DNA of 64,000 bases from Octopus vulgaris (GCA_951406725.2 OX597829.1:52762001-52826000), one strand, 5' to 3'; shown: positions 1 through 14,150, numbered from the stretch's first letter. The notes: a model not told the origin generated them from the letters alone. Program-made: numbers and translations.

Positions 1-394
1 ATATGGTGACATGTCTATAGAATTTACAACCTCTTTGCACTGTCAGAAACTTATCTGTAGCTTTCTTGAGTTCTTTTACACTCATCAACATCCTTCTTTA
101 ATCCACCTTTTGACTGTTATTCCCCTATTTTATGATTAATATGAAAAAAGCAAAAAAACATTTTTTTTTTATTGGATTCTACTACATTGATACCAGATGA
201 CTTGCCTTCATGTAAAGCCAAATATTTGACTGATGTACAGGTACAAAACTACTGGTGGATCATATTTATTTACATAACATTTACATGATAATATATGGAA
301 AACTTAGCAGCTAACAACTGCTACAAATGCTCAGAAACTGTTGTGATTGAAGCCTGTTCATTCCGTCATCTTGTCTTATAAATGTGTGTGTACA

Positions 395-680
395 TGTAAT
401 CTCACTGTATCAACAGGGCTATTGAATGTTATATATCGCTGGTCACAATGCACTTCCAATTCTTTCTTGATTGCACCATTGTTTTCCCATCTTGACCTGA
501 ATCGTTTAACTAAATTGTCTTCCCATCATTGTTGAAACCTTTCAAGTGGCCGTTTCCAATCTTTTGTCAACTTTTGTCTGTGAACCTTGCAAAATGTCCA
601 GTCCATCCAAACTTGTGTTTTTGGTATTCTGTGGTCATGTCATTCACTCTACACCATTCTGGAATTATCGCCTGTATTAT
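395..680 (-). mobile_element. RTE-clade LINE 3' end, degenerate
   Basis: Minus strand encodes ...VNDMTTEYQKHKFGWTGHFARFTDKS, matching the RTE C-terminal K.K..WAGH.AR..D motif; stops present. Confidence 0.7.
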
Positions 681-989
681 AAATAACTCGGTGAATGTTT
701 GGCAAGAACTTTGCCCAGAAATAAAGAGTGAATATTGGAATGTTGTGTTTGAGCCAATGTTATTCTTTTCATATAAACACACATAATACACAAGCATATT
801 GTATGCACACAAAGGGAGTGAGAGAGAGAGGGCATGGAAGTATTACTATGAAAGGCTGCAGGATGTGGAAACTTTAGCAAAAAGAGTGTCCACTTCAAAT
901 ATACATCTAAGATGGCCATGCTAACCATTACACCATGAATTGAGGGTTTGGTGCACGAGCCAGATGTAGCTGTAGGTACAAGTATGATA

Positions 990-1405
990 TAGATGCAGGA
1001 CAGCTGTATTGTTAAGAAGTTTGATTCCCAACCATTTTGAACTCAGTTTCAATCCCACTGTGTGGCACCTTGGGCAAGTGTCTTCTACTAAAGACCCAGG
1101 CCAACCAACCACCTTGTGAGTCAGTTTGATAGGCAGAAACTGAAAGAAGCCCTTCATGCGTGTGCGTATGTGTGTGTGTGTGTGTGTGTGTGCTGTTATC
1201 TTGACATAACATGGTGGTTGCAGATGAGTAGCATTGTCATACTGGTGATGGTGTTTGTTTCCAGTCTCCTATGGGAGAAATATTACTTTGCTTGGAAACA
1301 GGTGAGGGTTGACCTCAGGAAGGGCATCTGGACATAAAGAACCTGCTTCAGTGAATTCCATTTGATTTGTGCAGGCATAGAAAAGTGGACAGTAGATGAT
1401 GATTA
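990..1405 (+). mobile_element. tRNA-derived CORE-type SINE with Meta-like tail
   Basis: B-box-like agtttcaatccc, CORE-like ggcaccttgggcaagtgtcttctact, internal (GT)n, aggaagggcatc, (GAT)n tail. Confidence 0.8.
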
Positions 1406-1611
1406 TAGGAGAAAGGCTTTATTATTATTATTTTTTTATATATATATACATGTTTGTATGTGTGCTTAATTAGGGGCTACAGTGTTTCTAAATACATTAA
1501 GATAACTAGGTGACCATGAAAAGTGGGCATAAAAATGTTGATGACAAAACAAAAGGTGTGTGGGAGAGAGAAAATATGGAGGGAGAGAAAATACTGTGTC
1601 GTCCAATAAGT

Positions 1612-1985
1612 ATCGTTGTAGCACTCCGTCAGTTATGACGATGAGGGTTCCAGTTGATCCGATCAATGGAACAGCCTGCTCGTGAAATTAACATGCAAGT
1701 GGCCGAACACTCCACAGACACATGTACCCTTAACATAGTCCTCAGGGATATTCAGCATAAGTGTGACAAGGCTGGCCCTTTGAAATTCAGATACAACAGG
1801 AAGAAAGAGTGAGAGAAAATTGTGGTGAAAGAGTACAGCAGGGTTCGCCACTACCCCCTGCTGGTGCCTTGTGGAGCTTTAGGTGTTTTTGCTCAATAAA
1901 GTCACAATGCCCGGTCTGGGAATTGAAACTGCGATCCTATGACTGTGAGTCTGCTGCCCTAACCACCGGGCCATTGTGCCTCCAC
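1612..1985 (-). mobile_element. tRNA-derived SINE; head and body shared with 22488-22780
   Basis: Minus strand tggaggcacaatggcccggtggttaggg...gtttcaattccc (A/B boxes); body aligns to 22600-22780. Confidence 0.8.
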
Positions 1986-2220
1986 CAATAAGCATAGTGG
2001 ACAAGACAAAAGCGTGTGAACTAGTAGTGTGTAAGACCAGTGTAATGAAAACAGTGTAACAGAATGCAACAAGTTTTACGAAAAGCTAAACAGATTAGAA
2101 AGATTTTAACAAAATTTTTATACATCTCAGATTACAAAAGCTTTTTGTGTCTCTTGTAATTAAAATTATTTTAACAAATCCAAGAAATGTGAATGTGTAT
2201 TAGGTAGGTTAGGATTAAAA

Positions 2221-2493
2221 TATTTATTGCAAAAGATGTTAAACTAGGAAAAAGAAGCAATTATGCACTGAGGGGCAAAAACAATTGTTAGTTAATGTTA
2301 TCTGAGCAAGTGTATGGGAGACAACTCTGAATGTTTTGTTCTTCTTATGACCTCATCAGCTGAGAATAGGCTTCACTCTACTTGAGAAAATCATTAAATA
2401 TATTATATGACTGGTGTTGAGAACAATTGTTATTTAAACTTTCATGTATATCATGGTACTGCCTATTATTTAACAGTGCTTTTGCATTGAATA
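2221..2493 (-). mobile_element. Fold-back mini-element with a decayed hammerhead motif (probably Penelope-derived)
   Basis: Imperfect inverted ends (2221-2248 / 2462-2493); minus strand ctcag-CTGATGA-ggtc..gaac-AAAA-cat-TC-agag at 2324-2365. Confidence 0.55.
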
Positions 2494-2669
2494 GTAGCTG
2501 GTATCATAAAGGTACAAGAACATTCAGGTGAATAACAATCACTAAGCAATTGTACAATTTTGTACACAGGTCTTGTTTTATAGAATTGTTTAGGGAGGAA
2601 ATAACTCGGATACAATCTGCATGAATGACAATAATTTAATTAGAATTAACTTTCAACTACTTCTTGCTA

Positions 2670-2860
2670 CACTGTCAAATCCAATGCTTAATTATCCATA
2701 TTATTTTGAATCAATCGTGCATTATCTCATAGCTCTGGAATTTTAAATACTGCTTATTGTTAAAATGACATTGTAGGGTAAGTGTAAGAGGCCAGATCTG
2801 GTTGGTTTGAACATAAACCAGTTAATTTTTGGGTAACTTATGGCTAATTTAAATGCTAAA
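2670..2860 (-). mobile_element. piggyBac-like MITE, degenerate copy
   Basis: Internal sequence shared with 4213, 17576, 34225 and 37426. Confidence 0.6.
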
Positions 2861-3305
2861 AAATTTGATTATTGTTAACTTGAAATAATTAGGCAAATAT
2901 TGGGGCAAACTGACAGGAGAGACTGCATAGAAGTGGACTGAGCAGTAGACAAGGACTGAAGTCTCTGAAATAGAATGAAAAATTCTATGATTGCCTGGTG
3001 AAGAAATATAAAGAGAATTAACAAAGCACATTTCTGTAAATGTATGCGAGTTCACTTGAATAACCAAAGCTACTTCTCTTACTTAGATTATTTTGGAAGC
3101 AAAGCTAGAGAGAAAAGAGTTCAGGGTAACGGTTCCAATGTATAAAGTTGGTAAAGGCCAGTGGTGGTTATGGATAAGCTGCTAAATTTAATAACCTAGA
3201 GGTGGTTGGTTCAACCTCTACTACTGTTATTATTCTAAATCCAAGACTACTTTTTGTCTTGAACAAAAATAAAAAAAAAAGTTATAGAATAATGAACTAT
3301 ATATT

Positions 3306-3353
<48 letters not shown>

Positions 3354-4212
3354 TATTTTTATTTTTTTTCTTTCTTATATATGTGATGGATACTGAATGA
3401 CAAGAAAAGGCAAAGATAAAGATAGATTTCAGAAACCATATTTCACTACCTTGTCAGGGATAAGGAGAATTTATCAAATTATCTTTATCAATTTTTGCGA
3501 GAAATGAAGCAGAATAACAAAAAATGTTTTATATTTTGCAGGGTGACTGTGTTTATTGCTCTTGTATATTTTCTTATATTAGTATTCAGTTTTGATTTTT
3601 TTTTCATCACAACCATTCCATGATTTTGGAATATCTTCCTTCATTTGCAACGTACCGTCTAGCTCAGTTAACATTGTCAAATATCACATCAAACAAACTG
3701 TTATTCTGAGATTTCAAAACTCCTCGTGTCTCGGAATCAATCTTCTCAATTATCATTCTTTGATATTTATATATACTAAATTCTGATTCATTCTCACTTC
3801 ATCATACTACCATCAAACCATTCCTTAAGCGATTCTAGCATCCCATCAGTATCATTCTATCATATACTTTATTTATTTATTTATTTATTTATTCATTCAT
3901 TCATAAAATCATTTTCCTGCCAGATAAAATGGCTGAATTCATTATTTCCAGAAGCAAGCATTAAATTTTCCTACTTCAAAATAAATTAAGAAAGAAAATA
4001 CAAAAAAGAAAAAAAGAGCAAAAGCAACAAGGATTCTTTGAATAAATGAAATGCAAATTTTCGATAATTCCAACTGTCAGTGGAATCTGAATTTTCAATC
4101 ACAATATAATGATTGGTAACGACTTTACTTAAAGTTCTATTCAAATAGAATGTTACTTATTGAGACTTCTGCTAAATTAGTCATTAATACTTTCATGGTT
4201 ATATAATTCAAT

Positions 4213-4383
4213 TTAACCCTTTATCATTTAAACTGGCCAGATCCAACATCTCACACCTACCCTACAATGTCCATTTAAAAACAAACAATCACATCTTCAA
4301 ACTCTCAAAACTATAAGATAATGCATGATTAATTAAAAACAATATGAATAGATAAGCATTAGATTTGACTGCTAAAGCGTTAA
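4213..4383 (+). mobile_element. piggyBac-like MITE
   Basis: TTAA-ccctttatcattt ... gctaaagcg-TTAA ends; several copies in the window. Confidence 0.75.
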
Positions 4384-5129
4384 GGGTATGTTTCTAATTT
4401 AAGTAAAGAAATCCGTGTAATTACTTGAAATCCTTCTCTCCTTCTCAGCTACATTTGTTTTTAGTAATCTGTTTAGTGTCAGAAATTATATTTAAGAAAT
4501 AAATCTCTCGGAGCTCACCATATCATTTAATCCCTTGAGTGGTACGACTGTTTTGATTTAAAACTGGAGAACAGGTATACTCCATTCCCTGCTGTCACTG
4601 GGTGGTACTTAAATCTACTTGTTTCACTGTACCTATCTGGAATCGAGAATAATTGTTGCTGAGATCTGCTGGGGAAATTATCAGTCATTAACTTACAAAC
4701 ATACACAGGTATCATATCAGACCCTTGAGTTTTAGGTTAAGAGATACATACTGTGAATAGTTTAACATTGACTGTAGGGAAATAATTGCATAGGTCTCTG
4801 AGGAAAGTTGGTTGTGATTGACTTATAATCCTATCCAACAGGAGATTTAGCTATCATCTGCTTAATGTTTTAGAAACCAGACACATTCCTTTACCCTAAG
4901 GACCCTGCTCCTACCATATGCATCCTATTCCCAACTAATTTTTAAGTTTGATCAATTTTAATCTAATTTTGATTAATTTTAATCCAATAAATTCTTTGTT
5001 TTGAAAGATATTTTGCTCAATGGTGTTTACAAGAGGTCCTGGAAATAATTTCTACTTTGTTTCTAATTATTTTTGAAACACTGTTTAGAATATGGAGTTT
5101 ATTATTACACATATTAGATATTATATTAT

Positions 5130-7200
5130 TGAGAAGGGATGTTGTCTTGAGGTTTGGTGACAACAAGTCTTCTCAAATTTCAAGAATCTTTCTTAGGATT
5201 CATGCAGAATACAAGAGGGCAATATTTCGGTAGGTTAGCAATGCACATCTTGTTTCCAGTTTCTCTCAGTCTCTTAGGTAGCAGTTTGGGTGTTGTTCCA
5301 AAAGTGTCAGTTGCCACAGAACTGTCATCTTAGTCTACCACAGTTTCCTCAACTCTCTGGCTAACTTTTAATATTTCTCAATTTTTGCAATTTCTTTGGT
5401 ATCCACTCTATTCTCACATGGTATTGCAAAGCCTATGAGCTTACACTATTTGTTTCCTTTATCCTCTATATGTTTTTCTTGTTTCAGTAGTAGGGGCAGT
5501 CTTTCTGGGGAAGTCACATGAAATTTTGTAATTTTTATTCTTTATCACAGCCTTTGGTTCATGTTCATACCACTTTTCTGCTATTTTGAAGCCACACATT
5601 TGGTTAACATCCCAATACTGTCTTTTACCTATGCAGTCATGCTTATGCTTATACTCTTTTTGTGCTAGCTTACTGCATTCACTCAAGAGATAATTAATAC
5701 TTTTGTCTCCTTTCTCACAGATTCTGCATTTTCTCTCTTACTGAATTTAATCAATCTTTGCCTTTGTCAAATTCATCCTAATGGCTTGTTCCTGAGCAAC
5801 TATAAATAGCAATTCAATTTTTTGTTTCAGGTTTCTGTCCATCAGCCACAACCAGGGTTCTTTACTTTCAGTATCCTCAATTTGTTGCATGAATTGGCCA
5901 TAAAATTCCTTCTCTTTCCAGCTACTTGATCTTGAATTCTCCTACTGTTTCAGTAACTTTTTGAACATTTCTAGCCACTGATAGTATTCTTTCTCCATTA
6001 TGCACAACAGTTTTTCAAATCCAGTATTGCAGTAATAACAATCCTCAGCCTTCTTTTTTTGGTAGAGAGAGTTCAGTCGGCATTACTTATAGGGTGGCCT
6101 ATGTTGTGCATTGTGTGCATCTTCCTAGTTCTATCTGATTCCTGTAGTTATGTCTTGGGCCATTAAAAAAAAAAAAAAAAAAAAGACTAGATTATCCTAA
6201 TATGGTTATGGTTTGTGTATTCATTTCTTTGATAATATTCCATTTAATCTTATTTCAAGCACCTTCCTGATTTTTCTCTTGTAATTTTTGGAAGTTTTTC
6301 TCTTTCATTTTCCTATCATCTTGCAGCACCCCTAGGCACCCCTCATTATTTCTTAACAATCTAACATCTTGTGATAATTTTATGTCAGCAGAGTTTGGCT
6401 TCTCTTCATAATTTAACACTACATGTTTTTACCCCAAACTGTATCTCAACATCCTTGCTAAATACTCTGTTTGGATTGGGGAATATAGTCTTTTTCATTT
6501 TTTGTGTATGGGCTTGAGGCCGCGCCGCCTTGACTGGCTTCCGTGCCAGTGGCACATAAAATGCACCAATCCGATCGTGGCCGTTGCCAGCCTCGCCTGG
6601 CACCTGTGCAGGTGGCAGTAAAAAGCACCCACTACACTCACGGAGTGGTTGGCGTTAGGCAGGGCATCCAGCTGTAGAAACACTGCCAGATCAGACTGGA
6701 GCCTGGTGCAGCCTTCTGGCTTCCCAGATTCCCGGGTGAACCGTCCAACCCATGCTAGCATGGAGAACGGACGTTAAACGATGATGATGATGATTATATG
6801 GATAACTCACAAGTAATCCTGGATTGTTTCAGAATACTTGTTGGAGGGATTGGCACAATGAGGGAAAAGTAAAGGGGAGAAAGAGTCTCCCTGGAATATC
6901 CTGCTGCGTATTATCACATTTCCTCATGAGCCATTTGCTTATGTTACCTCTACTTCTCACTCTCATTGATTTTTCCAAAAGCTGTTTATCCTCTCATCGA
7001 TTCCAAGCATCCCTCAAGCACTCCAAGAACCCATTGTAGAACATTGTCGTAAGCCATCTTGTAATCTATCCAGCCAATGGCTAAATTCTTCCTTCTTACT
7101 TGTGCCTCATTTAGTATCATGGTATTAATAACACAGAAGACTAGCAGTTCCCCTTTCTTTTTGCTTCTGGAGAAGGGATTTACACTCACAAAGAAGACCA
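5130..7200 (-). mobile_element. R4/Dong-type LINE (restriction-like endonuclease), degenerate RT to C-terminus, interrupted by a SINE
   Basis: RT motifs RRKNLAIGWIDYKMAYDNV and IFQGDS.SP; VFSKDVEIQFGVKTC; zinc-knuckle region SECSKLAQKEYKHKHD; many stops and frameshifts. Confidence 0.85.
6520..6793 (+). mobile_element. Meta-domain SINE 3' part nested in the LINE
   Basis: gagtggttggcgttaggcagggcatccagctgtagaaa, (GAT)n tail; CpGs retained; related copies at 9858, 27115, 34690. Confidence 0.8.
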
Positions 7201-9049
7201 TGCTGACAAGATGTCATAACCACCAGTGTTTTTATTGAGACACCATATCTAGGAGGCTGTTACTTGGCAGAAACATTACCATATCTTTTTTTTCCCCCCA
7301 AATACTACCGAGGCCAGCTTTCCCTTTCATCCTTTGGGTTGTAATCAACTTTACCCCCCCCCACACACACACACGCACACAAATTTTGAGCCTTTTGCCC
7401 TTATTAGAAACTATTTATTATTGTTGCTGATGGCAACAATAGCAACAGTGATGATGAGTTATAATCGTCATCACTGCTGTTGAGAGTGGAGCAGTGAAGC
7501 GCGATAAGTGGTAGAGTGCCAGACCAGATGTTACAATATTTACTTTTGTCTCTCAATGTTCATACTTCAAATCTCACTGGAGAAGGTTTTTATTTTCCCC
7601 CTGGTCCCTCCAGGGGCAATAATATAAATATCTGTAATACGCACTATCATTGATGCATTTGACTACATCTAGCTTAAGAAAAACATACGTGGCATTGTGT
7701 TTGTGGCAGAAATTTTTGATTTTGATGATCAGTATCTCTGGTTTCGTTTATTGATTCAAGAATATTTATAGAATAAAAACACTGCATCACAATATGGTGT
7801 ATATGTGTGAAAAATCTCACTCAGCATTTTAAAATATAACAAACCTAAAAGCTAATATGCGAAAGATAGTTTAGGAAATATTGATTTCTTTTGACAAGTT
7901 ACCCAGGAATATTATTGTGTGTTCTTCAGTGTTAGTCTGTCTGATCTAGTATTGGTTGGATGGGTCTGCAGTACAGTATATTGTCACAAATTTCTAATCG
8001 GTGGGCAATATACTGTGCCATTTTGCCTGCCAGGCCTAATATTTTGATCTAACCTTACCACCACCACCCTATCTTTTTGGTGTGCGCGCACACACACTAA
8101 TTAATTGAATGACTTTTTTCCCCTGGTAAAACTTTGGTTTAACTGTATGGATCAAGTACAGAATAACTTAAGGTCATACAGGAATTGAATCCTGAGTTCA
8201 AAATATAGTGATGGCTTAACCCCCACCAGGGACATTTTCAATTTCTTTTCCTTTATTTTCTCCCTTGGAGAGTCTTCACATATTTATTGCAGTTGCCTCA
8301 CAATAAAGATGTGAAGTTTAGAACATTGATTAAATATCAAAGTACAAGTGTATGCATATGCTTTATGAGATATGTAGACCACAAAATCAGTTAATTACAT
8401 AAAGAGGAGTCAGGGGTGCCAATAGTAGAGGAGTCAGTCGAAGTTTTTTTTTCAACTCCACAGCCCTGAATAAAAATGAATATTTTGGTTTAAGCTTAGC
8501 TAACTATAATTATTATTATTATTATGTTGAGGTTGACTTAGCCTTTTGTGCTTTCTTAGTCAATGAAATAAGTACCAGTTACACACTGGAGTCAATTTAA
8601 TCAACATGCACCCTGTCTCAATGAAAATTTCGGGCCTTTTACTTATACTAGAAAAGAATATTTATTCTGTGTATGATTGCCTTATCACCATGATTGTTGA
8701 TTATCCAGCTAATCCATTAATAATCATTAATTGGTATTGATGATTGAAGGTGCTCTGAATAAAGACAACCCTTTTTTCCAGGTTTTGATATTTTTTCTGT
8801 TTGCACATGTGGTACTGGATATGATTGAATATGTGAACATGTATTTTCACATGTGGCACCAAATAAAATTGAATTTGTAAATGTACACTTTCTTGTGATA
8901 TCGAACATAACTGAACATATGAATGTAGGTTTGCACATGTGGTACTGAATATAACAAACTATTTTAATGTATGTTTTTACATGTTGGGCTGAATATAACA
9001 GCGTAAACATATCCATTTACCTTTTTTTTTTTCTCTCTCTCTTTTTACC

Positions 9050-9430
9050 TAGTTAACCTTTGGTCACACTAGGAAACAGCTTTGAATGGTTTAAGTTGAA
9101 CCAATCAACCCCAGTACTTATTCCTAAAGTCTGGTGCTTATTCTGTCATTTGCTTTTGCAGAACTGCTAAGTTATGGGGATGTAAGCAAACCAACACCGG
9201 TTCTCAAATGGTTGGGAAGGGACACACATACTCACTTGCACAAATGCATGCATGCACACACAAACAAATAGCAGGCTTCCACACAATTTCCATCCAACAA
9301 ATTCACTCAAAAAGCATTGGTCAGCCTAGGGCAATAGTAAGATACTTGCCCATGCTGTGCTGTGGGACTGAACTCAAAACCACATGGTTGCTAAGTGAGC
9401 TTCTTAACCATGCAGCCAAGCCTGCACTTT
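9050..9430 (-). mobile_element. CORE-type SINE, old copy
   Basis: Aligns to 33812-34226 with CpG decay. Confidence 0.75.
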
Positions 9431-9857
9431 TGTATGAATAAAAGAGAAATGTGAGATGTTTTTTCATTTGAACTTTTGTCTTTTATGAATCTTTGTCTGC
9501 ATATGCACCACGGAATATGATGTGTGCAGGTGTGATAAACATTTGTTTTTCATAATTAATATAAAACCAACATTTTTGAGTTCCATTTAATTGAAAATAG
9601 ATTTAATAATTGAAATACTTTGTTTCATACAGGTTACCAAATTTACATCTGTTAATTTTTCATTTACTTTATTTTCTCTCTTTATAATTTTACATTTGAA
9701 CTATCAATGAAAAGTTATAATTTTTCTTTTTTTTTTTTTTTAAATGTATCTCTAAATTGTTACCATAAACTCTAACACCAGCAAACAGACCTGTCACAGG
9801 AAATTAAAAAATATAGAGAAATAGTTCAAATTTTCTTGTAGAATATTTTTATTCACA

Positions 9858-10112
9858 ATGGCTCCTGTGCCAGTAGCACATAAAAAGCACCATCCAAATG
9901 TGGCTGATACCAGGCCCGCCTGACTGGCTCTTGTGGCGGTGGCATGTAAAAAGCACCCACTACACTGTCGGAATGGTTGGTGTTAGGAAGGGCATCCAGC
10001 TGTAAAATCATTGCCAGATCAGATTGGAGCCTGGTTCAGCAGTCCTCAGTCAAACTGTCCAACTCATGTCAACATGGAAAGCAGACATTAAAAGACGATG
10101 ATGATGATGATG
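9858..10112 (+). mobile_element. Meta-domain SINE 3' part
   Basis: ggttggtgttaggaagggcatccagctgtaaa, (GAT)n tail. Confidence 0.75.
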
Positions 10113-10214
10113 AGTTTATAAAACCTGACCAAGTATATGGCTTTATATTTTGTCACTGGATGTATAGATTATTTTACTATTTAAATTCTTTGTAAATTTA
10201 TTTAAAGGTCAGCA

Positions 10215-10385
10215 GTTAAGGAGGGGGTGGTCAAATGCATCAACCCTAGTACTTAACTGGTGCCATATTTTATTGATCTCCAAAAGGACGAAAGGCAAAG
10301 TTGACCCCGAAACATAAAAGAGCCATCAGAAATGTTGCTTCGCATGCTGTTCAATGCGTTTATGATGCTGCCAGCTTGCCACCTT
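10215..10385 (-). mobile_element. Nin/Deu-domain SINE
   Basis: Reverse complement of the gcctttcatccttt...gataaaataagtaccag domain. Confidence 0.65.
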
Positions 10386-11610
10386 TTTGCTATTTTACAA
10401 ATCAAATAAAAAATGAAGTTGATATAAATCATTCTGTTTCAAACACCCATATTTTTTATTTAATGATCAAGTGGGGCAAGGACAATAAACCTATCCAGTG
10501 ACATTAAAAAAAAATACTTAAAAGTCTAGCAATAAAATTTCTTGGGGTAAGTAGGATATAACAATATGTATTTTCAAACTTCTATAAAATGTCAATAACA
10601 CCAACCCAATTTCTTTGTTCCCAAATATAATTAAACCTATATGAAGCCTTTGTTTTAATATACTTGAATGTAATTTAAATATTGTCATTATAAATATGTC
10701 ATAAATTTGTGGTACCTGATACAAAAACGAAGTCTATTAAATGTGCTGCAGTTATTTGTATGTGTGTGTTTGTATACATGTATATGTTTGTATACATGCG
10801 TATAAATGTGTATATGTATGTGTGTATGTTTACATGTACACATTTGTATATATTTATATACAATAATGAACTTACTACATACAGTGTTCAGGTGCACTCA
10901 TCAGAAAAGGTAGTCAAAAGTGCATGAACAGGACACAAAATAATGCATAGGAAATGAACTATGACTGAGGTGGGGGGTTTTTTTTAAAAAAAAAAAAGGG
11001 GTGTATGTATAATGTGATATGAAAAAAATCAGATTTTAGATAGTTATGTTTTAAAATTAAATGACTTCTCAACAAACAGAACTCAGATCATTATTCTTAA
11101 TTTTTTACTCTTAAAATCCAAATACAATTTAAACTTCTCCCAGACTTGCTATTCAACTTGAACTTTTATTGGATCCCTGAAGGAAGAAGATATAAAGAGT
11201 AGGGAAGGATTTTAAGAGAACTGCAATTTCGTTGGGGGTGGGGAAACAGCATGTTTCTTCTTACTTTTACATTCTTTTTTTTTTTAAACTTTTTTATATT
11301 TTATTTTAATCTAAAAAAAGTAGAATTCCACCAATACACGATTTTCATGGTTTAGTTGTGTTCTTTATTTTGTTTTGGCTATGCTGGAGCAAATACCATA
11401 AAACATTTTGTCAATTTGTCCCTTTTTTTTTCTTTATTTTTTTGTTATCTCCCTCTTTGTTTTTGAATTTTCTTACTTTTTAGTAATTTTTTGCATTTAT
11501 TCCATGTGTCTTGCCTTTTATGATCATGTCTTTTGTGTTAAGCAGCATCCTTTTCTTCCATTGCTCTCTGTTTGTGGTAACAACATCTCTGATGTCTTGG
11601 ACTGTTTCAG

Positions 11611-11703
11611 GAAACTCTACCGTTGGTCATTGCACTCTCACCAGTGCATTTATATAAACTCTTAGGTTCACAGCTTTCCACGGATATGAGCCTGAATGAA
11701 AGG
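11611..11703 (+). CDS. Internal coding exon (phase 0/0) of an unidentified gene: ETLPLVIALSPVHLYKLLGSQLSTDMSLNER
   Basis: Acceptor tgtttcag, donor AGG|gtctgt, 93 nt open; joins 15960 in frame. Confidence 0.65.
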
Positions 11704-11734
11704 GTCTGTTACGATATTTCTCTTAATGTGTGTC

Positions 11735-11825
11735 CCTGCTATCTATCTATCTATTTTTTATTTTTTATTTACCTCCATGTCTGTCTATCTATCAGTCTAT
11801 CTATCTACCTACCTACCTATCAATC

Positions 11826-11862
<37 letters not shown>

Positions 11863-12056
11863 TTAGCTACCTTTCTACCTACCTATCTACCTACCACCTC
11901 TCTCTTGCCCTCTCCTTTTTTCTTATTCTCTCCCACTTTTCTCTTTCTTTCTCTCTCTCTCTCCCCCTCTCTCTCCATTTTATTGCTTTCTCTCTCTCTC
12001 TCTCTTCCTTCTCTCTTTCTCCATTATATTGCTTTCTTCCTCTCTCTCTCTCTCAG
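11735..12056. repeat. (ATCT)n/(CT)n microsatellite complex
   Basis: Directly visible. Confidence 0.9.
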
Positions 12057-14065
12057 ACATCCAATTCCTTAGTTCTTTTACCATTCACACCATTTCTTCT
12101 AGTATGCCCTCTTTAGTTGGCTATTTATTATTCACCATTTTGTTTCGTTTTTAGTTTTTCCTTCACTTACACTTTTACCTTGTAATCTACTTATAGTTGA
12201 TATGCACACTTTAGTTGAATAATCTCAGGAAACAAAATGCTATTCCCATGAGAACAAAAGAAGGTTATCAAGGTCTTCAATCTCCTTTTTGAACAAGAAT
12301 GTAACCAAATTATCTTTCATTTATTCTTCTTAACTATTTAAATTGCTAAACAAGCCATTGTGACTTGAACAACCTTCATTCATCAGAGAATGAACTACTT
12401 TCGATTGTTATTTAAAAGACAAGAAAAAAAAGAAAGAAAAACCGATTTAAATTTTTCTTTCATAAATATCATCATCACCCACCCACCCTTAATGTTTGTG
12501 AATTTTCATTCATACAGAGGTTAAACAAAATAAATTTCAAAATTTTGTTTATGCTTGCTGTATCAATGACTAAAGACCTTTGCACCCAATAAAGAAGTTC
12601 TGGTAAAATTCCAAGAAGATTATTTCTTTTTCAGTGTAGTTTGTCCTAAATAAATTGTAAATAATATAATCAACCACAAACCCTTCGTGATAATGTAATC
12701 AAAACGATTGATTAAACTTGATGCAAGAAGGTTGATTGGATTCATTCATTGATTGAAATTTCCTGTTAGTAATTGATGAGTTGAAGCCTTCAGCAGATGG
12801 GTGTTATATTTTAAGTGACAGACTACTAGATTCTACATTGCTTTAGTTCAACTATTCATCAAGAATATATATATATACATCAAATCAATTTGGCAATGTT
12901 TTCACTGATAAATTTGTGCCCTTTGCAGCTTTAGGGGAAGGATGGACATTAATTTGCTTCACATTTTGAAACTGGACCTAAGAATAGATCTTTAAAAAGA
13001 AACTCTTTTTGAAGACTATTACACAAGTGATAAAGCACTGAAAATTTATACACACACACACACAGTAGGTGGGAGCTAGATATACTCAGTATAAAAAAAC
13101 ATGCTGTAATGCTCAAATGAACGAGAAAATATATATATATATATATATATAATGATATGTATGCGCACACATACAAAATAATTTAGAGATTCCATTTGTT
13201 TATTTGTTAAAAGCAAAATTGTTAGTCTGCATTTGCTCTACATAGACATATTATACCTTTTTGGAATCAGGATGATCCTGGGAGCTAAAATTTGGCCTTC
13301 ATTTTGGTTCTTGAACATCCAGCATTGGGATCTGATTAAAAAGCATTTGGGTTGCTATTTCTAGCAGGTAAAGCTTGGCATGTCAGATGATGTCAAAGAT
13401 CAAAGAGAAGATAAATGATGTTTGCTTCGTTAATTTTACATCAACATAGGAACTTTGGGACAAATTGGTCAACAGTTTGAATTCAACTTGGGATTGGAAC
13501 AATAGAATGATTTGCATTACAGAATTAGTTCTCATTTGTCCTTAACCTCTGACCAAACACTACCGGGGCATATAGTCATTATAGATGCATTGTAGCCATG
13601 CTATTCAGCTCCCTTTAGTTTGGGGCCATAGGCCCAATTAGCCCTCCACAGGAGCTGGGTTAGTTTAGCTTTCAGCTCCCTCATTTAGTCATATATATAT
13701 ATATATATCAGTCATTAGACAGTGGCCATGCTGGGGCACCACCTTGTAAAATTTTAACTGAATTGACCCCAGTACTTTTTTTTTTTTTTTTTCAAGCTTG
13801 GTACTTATTCTATCGGTCTCTGTTGCCTAACTGCTAAGTTATGAGGTCGTAAACACACCAACACCAATCGGTCTTGGTGTGTTTACATTGGTGGGACATG
13901 AACACACACACACACACTCAGGAGGCTTCTGATTTTGGTAAGGCATTGTAATACAAATAACCAGTTCTTGGAGCTGAATGTACATATGCATTAGAATAAA
14001 ATGTTATGATTACAGAACATTAATTATTGACTAACAAAGGGACAGGAATTACATAATCAACTTCA

Positions 14066-14150
14066 TTAGCTTACAGCTGTTTCTGCTATAAGAAGAAAGT
14101 ACTGAAACCTGAGGGCTTGTGCAATGTCTTATAGCTTTATCTTCTAAGAC
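14066..14150 (-). other. Decayed hammerhead-like motif
   Basis: Minus strand stem gctataaga..tcttatagc followed by GAAA-CAGCTG-TA; the CUGANGA box is corrupted. Confidence 0.4.

Noticed and set aside
4500-4660. Possible upstream exon of the gene
   Set aside because: Stops in all three frames and no usable acceptor/donor pair
4795-4850. CTGAGGA plus stem as a hammerhead (also 7890-7930 minus, 17370-17415, 22880-22930 minus)
   Set aside because: One core box or helix is missing in each; too degenerate to call without a family consensus
8717-9016. Cys/His-rich 99-aa ORF as a zinc-finger array
   Set aside because: No C2H2 spacing or linker; arises from degenerate cacatgtggtactg repeats
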